Below are positions 38,466-48,441 of a DNA stretch of 64,000 bases, in pieces. The position numbers and the translations under genes were made by a program. Under the pieces are notes generated by a model. The model was given only the letters and a program-made list of their open reading frames with translations. It did no database searches and was not told the DNA's origin. Source of the DNA: Eukaryota sp. GEM-RC1 (Eukaryota); NCBI GenBank assembly GCA_040285855.1, contig JAUFOQ010000003.1:744001-808000 (forward strand), written 5' to 3'. How positions within the stretch are numbered: position 1 is the first letter of the stretch; every line of letters begins with the position of its first letter.

Positions 38466-39737
38466 AATTAAATTGTACTAGTTTTACTGTTATGTTATGA
38501 TGTTACAGATTTACATTCACCATATTACAATACATGTATCGATAACTACTCAGATAACTACGGATTCACGTAGCAAAAAATGACTATTACTCTGACTATG
38601 ACAAATAACTACAATGTAACTAACTCCTTAAAAAAATGAAATCAGTGATAATAATAATAGTAGTAGTAATTAATATGCGGTGTAAATATTTCGATAGCTA
38701 GGATGTTTGAAGAGCTTGTGTGACGTAATTCTATTCTTTTCCAAATCCATTGTTAGATTGGGTGACATCAGCTCTGTTGTATGACTCATGTTTGAAGTTA
38801 CTGGTGCTGAAATCACAAACCTAAAAATTGAGCGTCTTCTGTGGTTTTTACAGGGGAATTGTAAAAAAATTCCAATCCAGACTTATTATGTAGGGACAAA
38901 AGGCATTTTGACATTTGATTGGAACACAATCTGTACAGTCTATTTACCAATTGGGAGAATTCAGTTGGACAATAATTTGGCTCACGTCTTACAATGATAG
39001 AATTACGCCAAAAGCATCTCTTCAATTGTTTGTTGTAATTAAATTGATATTTCGATTTGTCAGTAAAGTATCAATTTGGACAATATTCCATATTCTAAGT
39101 CAGTGCTTGAAAGTATTTGTAACTTCGACACAATTAAAAAAGGTTCATATTAAACAGGAAACAAGAAAACATTCCGTACTGGAATTTCTGCTTTTTCAAG
39201 CTGTCTATAGTAACTCAGCAATGCTTAACCCTCCATTGGTTTTCTGAGAACAGGAATTAATGGGACTTGGCATCATTACTAAGTGATATAGTACGGGAAA
39301 CATTTTGACAACTTCAACAGCAGAATTTAGCACTTCTTGTTCACTGCTTAAAAGAAATCTCTATAATTCAGCCACAGCTATTGTTCTTTGATTATCACTG
39401 GATAAGATTGTAGAAAACCAAGATCAATTTCGCTAGCACACTGTTCTCTCAAAGTTTCACAGTTAAACAAAGATGAATTTGAGATGACAACTCAAATCAA
39501 TTGACAGACTTTCTGCAGTTTCCTAATTCCGGTAATGATATGTTTCGAAAATGAAGCTGTGTTTTCAGAAATTGCTGAAGAAAAAAATGACATCAGATTC
39601 TAAAACGATGTTTGATCCAACAAAAAAAGGTCTTGTCGAGTCATGATAGCGATTACTAGTTTACTGAAATGGGATAGTGGTAACACCTGTAAAAAATAAC
39701 TCTGTCACATTCAAATGATTGTTATTCCACGTTACAA

Positions 39738-40244
39738 ATGAATCGTCTTCTCATCCTATTTCTGACTTTTGTTGCTATTACTTTCGCCGGTTGTATATGC
39801 CCTTTTGATTGCAGTTGGGGATACCGTCACAGCATCGCGGATTGTACTTGCTGGTGTCAACAAACCGCATTGTCATTAGGTGAAACCAAACCGACTTGTA
39901 GTTATCTCCCATGGGTCCCAGGAAGCCCTGGCGGATGTCTTTTATGTGGAAACACGATTCGATCAACGTCTGCTGTCGATCCCTCTTTTGAAAATGACCT
40001 TGCTAACGCTATAGTGGGTGGCAGCAGCAATACTAACATCCTTTTTCCTTTCAAGCGCTGCACGTGTCCTTATGGCTGCAGTGGTGGCTACGGTGGTACT
40101 TATGGGCAATGTTTGGATTACGCTAAACGAGAAGCCCACAGATTTTTAGATGAAAAGTATACCGTACAGTATATGCCGTTTGGAATGGGAAGTAAAGGTG
40201 GGTGTGTCGTCTGTGGAAAAACTGATCCTTGTGCTCGATTTTAA
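39738..40244 (+). CDS. Secreted cysteine-rich protein, paralog 1
   Basis: Signal peptide and two internal CxCPxxCxxGY...GGCxxCG modules. Confidence 0.85.
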   Translation: MNRLLILFLTFVAITFAGCICPFDCSWGYRHSIADCTCWCQQTALSLGETKPTCSYLPWVPGSPGGCLLCGNTIRSTSAVDPSFENDLANAIVGGSSNTNILFPFKRCTCPYGCSGGYGGTYGQCLDYAKREAHRFLDEKYTVQYMPFGMGSKGGCVVCGKTDPCARF

Positions 40245-40545
40245 TAAAGAAGTAGTGTACATAAGTTATCAACACCAATACAGTAACAAGGAGTTGGCTT
40301 TGAAAATGGCTATCAAATTTGGATAGCCATTTTTAACTCTTCAAAAAGGTAACAAATGAACCAGTCCAATCCTTATCAATGATCAAAGCTTATGCGTGAG
40401 GGCTTTATTAATAGAAACAATCATGACGATCATGTCTATAGTAATGTCGACGTTTGTGTGTCTAAAGCCACTTAACATAAACCTGTTAATGATATTAGGC
40501 TAAGGAATATATATGTACAGTATTTACACAACTTTTAATTCGTTA

Positions 40546-41052
40546 CTAAAATCGAGCACATGGATCAGTTTTTCCACAGACGACACAACCACCTGGACTT
40601 CCAATTCCAGAACGGATATACTTAACTGTATATTTGTTATCTAGGAATCTGTGGGCTTGACGTTCAGCGTAATCCAAGCACATATCATAGGAGCCACTAT
40701 AGCCTGAGCGGCATCCGTAAGGGCACGTACAACGTCTAATCGGGAAAAGAATATCACCATCACTGGTGCTACCCATTACAGCGTTTGTAAGGTTGTTTTC
40801 AAAGATAGCATCTGCAAAAGTTGTGGACCTTATTGTGTTCCCACATAGGAGACAACCACCTGGGCTTCCTGGGCCCGACGGGAGATAACTACATGTTGGA
40901 TTTGGCTCACCCATGGACAATGCAGTTTGTTGGCACCAACAAGTACAATCCTCACTGCTTTGACGGTATCCCCAATTACAAGCAAAGGGACATACACAAC
41001 CTGCTAAAGTATACGCGAAGCAAAGAGTGAGAAGAAGAAGACCACGATTCAT
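40546..41052 (-). CDS. Secreted cysteine-rich protein, paralog 2 (convergent)
   Basis: Colinear with paralog 1; identical cysteine spacing and C-terminus GKTDPCARF. Confidence 0.85.
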   Translation of the reverse strand: MNRGLLLLTLCFAYTLAGCVCPFACNWGYRQSSEDCTCWCQQTALSMGEPNPTCSYLPSGPGSPGGCLLCGNTIRSTTFADAIFENNLTNAVMGSTSDGDILFPIRRCTCPYGCRSGYSGSYDMCLDYAERQAHRFLDNKYTVKYIRSGIGSPGGCVVCGKTDPCARF

Positions 41053-42367
41053 TGGTTTGAACAAATAGGAATCAAATTGAGAGATCTAACACGTACCTCT
41101 CACTGTTCATACTCATCTCCTTTCTCGATGATCATCTACTATTCCTAAAGAGATCGACTGTCATTTCATCACCATCCGATGGGTTATTCGGCTTGTTAGA
41201 CGAGGAATCAACACAGCACAAAAACAAATAGAATTCATACCATACAGTATCGGATCTAAATTAGAAGAGAATTTACAAAAGGAGAACGATCAGCAGATGT
41301 AGTTTTCTCCATCAAATCATCAGAATGCATTTAACTGCTCCAGTTGATACAACAAAATGACCTTCGTCGTCTTCAATACTGTTTTCTGTACATGTTACCA
41401 ATTTGAAGACAATACTAACAATGATAGCAAGTAAACTTTGTTTGCAACAATAAATTAACACAGGCTAATTTAGAGAACTAAAGAAGTTAAATTCCCCACA
41501 TAACGACGATACAGCCTAGGATAACTAAAAACTTAGCTACTTAAGAAACGCTTTTGTAAACATAAGTTGATTAATCCATACAAAACCGTTAAATTCCTGC
41601 CAATTGGAACAACATTAGAGATATGAATGGTAATGGTTCTTAAGTTTTGAACCAACATAGCAGCACTGAGCAGAAATCAATTTCTGACATCCCGTTGCCG
41701 GACTGGTTCAGTCCATTGGTTTACCCAGAACCATGTGATTTTCCACTAACCCTAGAAATTAGCCATTTATTACTAATTTTTCCAAAATTGATTTATTTAT
41801 GTACACATTCAGTACAGTTCTACAATTGATTGAACTACATGATTTTTACGACACGAATTGAAACCACTGTGAACTTCACAATTATATAAACTTGATATTT
41901 TCGTATAAAGAAAATCATGTCTGGTGTTTTTCTACATCTTGTAGATATTGGTGAAGAAACTACGTTTCCTACACGGAAAAGTTGTCATAAAATGAGCACA
42001 CTATCTTCAACAAATGTTCCTGTAATCACAGCTATAGGTACCAAAGAACAGCTCAAAGGGCCCCTGTGATGCCTTCGCAATTAAGGACTAGATGGAAATC
42101 GAGTTTATATGAGACAGAAGAAAGATAGATAACGAAAAGAAGAATCCACAAACCAATCACATACTAGTTTATCATATACACGTAACACAAGTTGCTTACA
42201 CACTCTTTACTGTGAATAAACTTTGAATTATGTGCAAATTATTGGTATACAATACTTAAGTACTTGTATTTTACAGTTCAATCTCATACTCGAAATTTTA
42301 GAGAAGACAGCTGCTAATGTTTTTATACACAATTTTAATTGACAACAACACTACAGTGTACATACAT

Positions 42368-43010
42368 CTAGTAATCAATATCCTCAAAGTCCAGATTGCC
42401 TATCTGGAAATTCTCACCTACCTTATCATCATAATGTCTACCAAGAGATAATAGAGCGCTAGATACAGAAGTCACCATACTTTTAAAGATAGCAAACACA
42501 ATTGGATTTTTCCAAAATCTCAGATTAGAAGCCATGTCTGATTTTTTCTTTTACAATCTTCACAAAGATTTCAAGTAATGATGTTGTAGATTCTCCCAAG
42601 GAACCGTACAGTGAAAATACAAAAGGGTACAACAAGTAATTCGAGTGCGAAGCCGAATTCAATAATTTCAATTTAGCACAATATTTTTCCATTCTAAATT
42701 TTTCACCATTCAACAGAGGTTTGTTAGCATTAGATTTAGCAAGTTTCTTGTTGGAATCATTACAAACATCGATGGACATACCATCAACAATAATGAAAGA
42801 TCCATCGAGACCAGGAAAAATCACATCACCACTGCTTTTTCCAAACGATTTGTCAACATCCGGATCATCAAACAAACCAGCCAGAACTGGTACATAAAAG
42901 CAAACTATCTCATAAGATTTACATATACAATATAACATGAACCTTACTTCCAACAGAAATATAACGGTTACATTACAATAAATGTGTAGGAGTTACAGAT
43001 TGCCCACATT
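42368..43010 (-). mobile_element. Decayed RLE non-LTR remnant
   Basis: GDVIFPGLDGSFIIVD..SIDVC, EKFRMEKY, YPFVFSLYGSLG, then FWKNPIVFAIFK. Confidence 0.78.
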
Positions 43011-43605
43011 GGCATTTCAAATTATGTGAAAGGTCATCAGACCAAATATATGACCGCAAACGTATGTTCAATGACCAAGAGTTATCATCAAGAAAGAGAA
43101 CGTAAACTTGAGGGAATTGAGTAATCACATGAAGCAGAGATATTAGAAAATAACATTAATTCAATAGTAAGGAAAATCAGAAATTGGATCACGTGATCAA
43201 AATCAGAACTAGAACCATTTGCACCATATGTTTTACATATATATCGGTTTCCTGAATTAAATAGTAGACAGCGTAACAGTGCAATCGCAAAAACTATTCA
43301 TTTTGACATGATGTACATAATATTTAGCATTTCAACATGCTGAACATACATAATTAAAAAAACTAGTTTATGTACCATATCGTCGTAGTACCCAATACAA
43401 GCAACTTAAAAAACTGTATAAGCGTATAGTTCACTATGCTTGTGTTAGGCTCCTATATATATCTCTCTTGACTTAACAGGTAATCAATATGATAAGCGCC
43501 CCAACATTGAATCTGAAAAAGACGTCAATTAGCAATCTTTTGATATCCTTGTCAATCAATGATCGTCTAAGTACGTAAAATTTGTATTTTATATGTTAAA
43601 TGAAT

Positions 43606-44405
43606 CTAAATCTTGCCAACATCTTCCTCTCTCTTACGAATTCTGTCCAACTCTACCCACCAAGTAGCATGCCATGCCCAGAGAGTTAGCCATACCAACC
43701 ACTGAGTTATACTTGCGATAACAAACTGTGTAGTTTCGTTCTGAATACTATCTAGTGCCCAGACCCAAGTCCAAATACCATACAACAACAAGAGAAGACC
43801 ATATAGAGTGACCAGAATGTTCTTCCAAATGACCGAATTCCTTGTTGTAATATCACTACTATCAGACCGATGGCGATAGCACTGAGTAAGTAGGGCTGTG
43901 AGGATGATGGCTTGAATTAAAGCTGGAATAAAGAAGAGGATTGCCAAAGTAGTGTTTGTGGAACCATACTCTAGATAGTCAAAGATAGCAGCTAGGATCA
44001 GGAACCAGAAGAAGATCCAAGGGATCAGGATTGTAGCAATGAACAAAAGAGCCTTGAATAATCCTCGACTCAAAAGGTAAAAGTCGTAGTCGTACGAACT
44101 CCAGAATCGGCTGAGTTTCACCCACAGATAAGTGTACATAATAAGGAGAAGGAGAACTACAAGGGAGTTAATGGCGATGAAAACGTAGTAAGCAGCGTGA
44201 CAACATGCTAGCCAAGAAATAGGTGCCCAAATGAGGTATGTGTTACGAGCAATTGCTCCTCCAAAGATTATTGCTTGAACGAGATTGAGAACTTGTAGAG
44301 CAAAAAATCAAGGGTGGGATGTATCGAATAGTAGATGCTTTGGAGTCCATATACAATAATAGAGATCATAGATAGAACCGAATCATCGAAGAGGTTAGCA
44401 GACAT
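43606..44405 (-). CDS. Multi-pass membrane protein (frameshift near 44305)
   Basis: About seven hydrophobic segments once the frame is extended upstream (MSANLFDD...ALQVLNLVQAIIFGG...). Confidence 0.65.
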
Positions 44406-45019
44406 CTCTCTTCAAAGAATTAGCTGCTTGCTAGCTCCCACTTTGTCCATATGTTTGCAAGACATACTAGCAAGTAGTGATTCAGCATCTACTTTTATTA
44501 CCCATCTGTCTGGGAGATTCATATTTAATCTCGAAGATCATGAAGTATGACACTTAGATTGGACTTTTGACTATACCTGAAAAAACAAGGTTTGAACAAG
44601 ATACAAATACAAAAATGAAATAATACAACCGGTAATGATGTTTTATTATCTTCATCTTTAGTATTGGATACATACAAAAGTGATGTTCAATGATCAACTA
44701 CATGTATTCAGATCCGGTTTCATTAATATAAATTATACTATAATTCCTTCAGTAAATAGAGACTGATCAATTGTCTCATGATCCTCTGCAGACTCAATTC
44801 TGCTTTTTCTTTCTTGTTGGTTTGGGTTTTGCATGTACTTTGTGGTGTTCTGCTTGTGGAGGAACACAATCAAAGTGCAATTCTTGGCGCAATTCTTCCT
44901 CGAATTAACCCAGTAGACTAGTTTGTTTATCTGTCTTCTGTTGGTTCCATATAAACTATTACAACTTTTTGAGCAATAATTTTAAGTATAACAAATGAGA
45001 CTAAACAAATTCAATTTGA

Positions 45020-45505
45020 TATCATTAAAACAACACCCGTTCCGCTATCAAATCTTACAACAGCTTTGTCCTCATAACAGAAACTCACAGCTAATAAAGC
45101 TTTGGAGATAATCAGGGGTATTGTTTTTAAAAAATGGGTAAAACGAAAACATCCAACCATGACATATGATCAAAACGTTTGTTCTTCCTATTTTGTACGA
45201 TTTTTCCGAAATCTTTTAAATAATTTTACGCACCTTTTCTTACACTTCCGTAAATTGGAAACAGCAAACGGGCATAGTTCATATTCAACATTTCTACGTG
45301 TTTTAGAGCCATCAATGGCTTCTTGTACTTATCATGTTTTTCTTGTTGAGAAATGTCTAAAGGGGAGTTTCAGAATAAGCATTATGTAAAGATATCTTTT
45401 TACAAAGTTCCACAACCAACACATCGACAACAAACAATTTGTTTGAAGAAGAAGGTACAACAACATCTACTTTCCGTTTACCAAAAAATTGGTTCTGTTT
45501 TTTCG
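45020..45505 (-). mobile_element. Decayed RLE non-LTR remnant abutting the left end of the Fanzor element
   Basis: FGKRKVDVVVPSSSNKLFVVDV, EKHDKYKKPL, KTIPLIISKALLAVSFCYEDKA; homologous to 53658-54238. Confidence 0.78.
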
Positions 45506-45970
45506 ACACTACTGTTGAATTCATTTGGGGTGCATACTCCCCAAAATCATTTTACCCCAAAAACTCTTCACCCCATAACCACATATCCCCAAACTGATTC
45601 ACTTATACCTTCTTTGATGGATTCCATACATCGTTTGATATCCAGTGTTGAGCTTCTTTCAAGATAGAGACGTGTTTGCAGGTGTTCGTTCTTAGACTTG
45701 TGAACCGTGTTCAACCATGTCATGAATAAACTCAACGTTGTACAACCATCCTACTACACGTACATCACATTGACATCTTATCCTCCAAAGGAAAACACTA
45801 AGGTTTGCTACAACTCTGATCGTGTAATACACTGCTGTGTCTTCAGTCATTTTTGACTGCATTTTTCAATTCTATCAGATGCTATCTGGAATGAGACTAA
45901 GGTCAACGACATCAAGTCCATGAAGCTTCATTCATCAGAAGACACAAAGACACCAAGTTATAACTACATG

Positions 45971-46240
45971 TACAACATTTGTAATGACAACATTTGGTGA
46001 TACAACATTTGGTGATACAACATTTGTAATGACAACATTTGGTGATACAACATTTGGTGATACAACATTTGTAACTACAACATTTGGTGATACAACATTT
46101 GGTGATACAACATTTGGTGATACAACATTTGGTGATACAACATTTGTAACTACAACATTTGGTGATACAACATTTGTAACTACAACATTTGTAACTACAA
46201 CATTTGGTGATACAACATTTGTAACTACAACATTTGTAAT
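45971..46240. repeat. 15-bp minisatellite, ~18 units
   Basis: Constant core ACAACATTTG followed by GTGAT, TAACT or TAATG. Confidence 0.95.
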
Positions 46241-46332
46241 GAAAGTGTCGTATGTGTAATGAATTGTTGACCTAGACATTGATATTTTTTTTAAACACAA
46301 CCAATAAAATATACAACCTCAGTTTATCAAAC

Positions 46333-47840
46333 TTAACTAACACTACTATATCCCCCCATCACCCTCGCAAACATCACAGCCAACGAAAACGACTCCTTAT
46401 ATCCAATCCCACAACAATACTCACACATCACTTCACGAAATTCATCCAATATTCCCAAACAATGTTCATCACACATCACTTCATCATTTAAATCTAATAT
46501 CGACATAACAAAAGTATTGGTCAACGACAACACATTAAAGTACTTGTCCCTATCATTCAAATGAAAACTCAAAATTTCCGCCATCAATAAATTTAAATCT
46601 TTTAACAACTGAAGTTTCAAACTCATATGTGATTGACAGTCTGATGTTGTACCACTTTGGTTCCAATGCAGTGGTACAATATCGTGGACAATTGTAAGAA
46701 CCTTTGTTTCTGTCTGCATGGAAATAGTACGAGTATTGTTCAAGTTGTTTTCAAGGTCTGTCTGAATACCAAGAGAATTTGGTAATCTGTTGACAGATTC
46801 AGTGTCCACATGATCTGTAACTTTTTTTGATAATTTCAAACTAGGTAAATTCGAATTTGGTTTGAGAGTATTTCGAGACAATAGATTTGGTCTCAATTTA
46901 GGCAAAGTAGTAATTGTTGTTTTTTTCAGTTTTGGCACATGTTTGTTAAAAATTAAATCAGAATTGATGGCACTTACACTTTGATTATTGAGACACTCAT
47001 CTTCATCATCATTCACAACAAAATCATTCATACTAGACGACGCATCGTCATCATCATCAGTTTCATCATCTCCACTATCACTTCCAGAGACAACAACTTC
47101 ATTATCGAATAATTCTAAAACTGAATTAGAAGTGGTATTCAAATTTTCAATTTTTGGAACATCTTCCACCAAATCTTCCTCAATTTCTTCATTGACTGGA
47201 TCAAGAACATCAACAGTTTCCATACTTTCACCAACAATAGAAATAATATTGGACGAAAATTCATCAAAAGTTTTCAACACAGAAGGCCAATTTCTAACAA
47301 TTCTTTCATCTTCTATTGGCAAAGGATAAAGGTTTTGTAACCGGTCGATGGAGTATCGTCAATGCGAGTAATGTCACAATCATGTAAAAGATTAGGAGAT
47401 TGAGACTGAGGAGGAGGAGGAGAAAGAGCAATTGTAACTCGTTTAACGTCTTTGAGTAGATCCTTAAGATGATTTAGAGTTGAAGTTGTTGAAGGAAGTG
47501 GAAGAGATATGTCACGCTTCTCATAAGAACCATCAAAAGGAAAGAGATGAACAGTTTCTAGATCAACATCTAGCACAATGGCAACGGCTGATTTGTAGTT
47601 GAGGCAAAAATCCATGGTACCTTTTTTGAGATCATCTGGTAAGTCAGAGGTTGAGACTTCCGTTATGTGGATAGATTTAGTTCTCCAAGAATTGTATGTT
47701 CCATAAGGAAGAAGAACAAGTGACAAGTTAACTGCATACTTATCAGCAAGCTTTACAACAAGTTTCATATATGTTTTGATGGTACGGGAACGACTTTCTT
47801 GTTCAGAAGTGTTTCTGAGTTTGAAGATTGAGTAGGACAT
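46333..47840 (-). CDS. Orphan gene divergent from Fanzor (two overlapping ORFs, probably one ~500-aa frameshifted protein)
   Basis: ORFs of 175 aa and 329 aa overlap at 47313-47322; acidic central tract; no family recognised. Confidence 0.6.
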
Positions 47841-47987
47841 GGGAAATTCTGGTATAGACTTTATTACAGATTTCGTTTTTTAACACGTGAATTCACACAC
47901 ACATGTCCATTACAGTCTGAGTGGGATTTCATTTTCCTTCCTCCTACAGTATAAATGTCGTTTGTTCTGCATCCAAACAGATGTTGT

Positions 47988-48407
47988 CCGCCATCATGTC
48001 CTTATCTTACTCAACTTGTGACTGTTTCCATTGCACGGTTTCGGGCTCAGTTGAGTTTAGATAAGGACAGTTCTTTCCCTCCACTGCTGTTGCTTCTCCC
48101 TCTACTGCCGTTGCTGTGATGACTGCCGTTGCTTCTCCCTCTACTGCTGTTGCTTCTCCCTCTACTGCCGTTGCTTCGATGATGCCGCCATCCTGTTCTT
48201 ATCTGACTCAACTTGTGACTGTTTCCATTGCACGGTTTCGGGCTCAGTTGAGTTTAGATAAGGACAGTTCTTTCCCTCCACTGCCGTTGCTTCTCCCTCC
48301 ACTGCCGTTGCTTCGATGATGCCGCCATCCTGTTCTTATCTGACTCAACTTGTGACTGTTTCCATTGCACGGTTTCGGGCTCAGTTGAGTTTAGATAAGG
48401 ACAGTTC
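47988..48407 (+). repeat. Three copies of a ~75-nt long hairpin separated by 21-bp subrepeats
   Basis: Copies at 47997-48069, 48193-48267 and 48330-48404; CTGTTCTTATCTGACTCAACT pairs with AGTTGAGTTTAGATAAGGACAG. Confidence 0.9.
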
Positions 48408-48441
48408 ATTCTGTGTTTTATCAACACATACATTTGTTGCC

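Noticed and set aside
38700..39650. Short ORFs, possibly a decayed gene
   Set aside because: Multiple stops and no recognisable motif.
42208..42217. TACTGTGAAT as an alternative left end of the Fanzor element
   Set aside because: Only a 10-bp match with no further similarity, and it would enclose a host membrane gene. The 45510 site matches over ~27 bp.
45102..45667. Plus-strand ORFs similar to ORF 24853-25047
   Set aside because: The similarity comes from antisense reading of RLE retroelement remnants.
45935..46300. ORFs of TTFGD / VVSPN repeats, or a CRISPR-like array
   Set aside because: These are by-products of a 15-bp minisatellite; there are no unique spacers and no cas genes.
47988..48407. 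CRISPR array (repeat-spacer-repeat)
   Set aside because: The intervening sequences are copies of one 21-bp unit, not unique spacers, and the repeats are ~75 nt. Kept as a structured-RNA finding.
48116..48441. ORF 48116-48319 and the ORF-track start at 48316
   Set aside because: They translate the hairpin repeats. The ATG at 48442 gives a 30-aa 2A leader and is the more plausible start, though an upstream start is not excluded.
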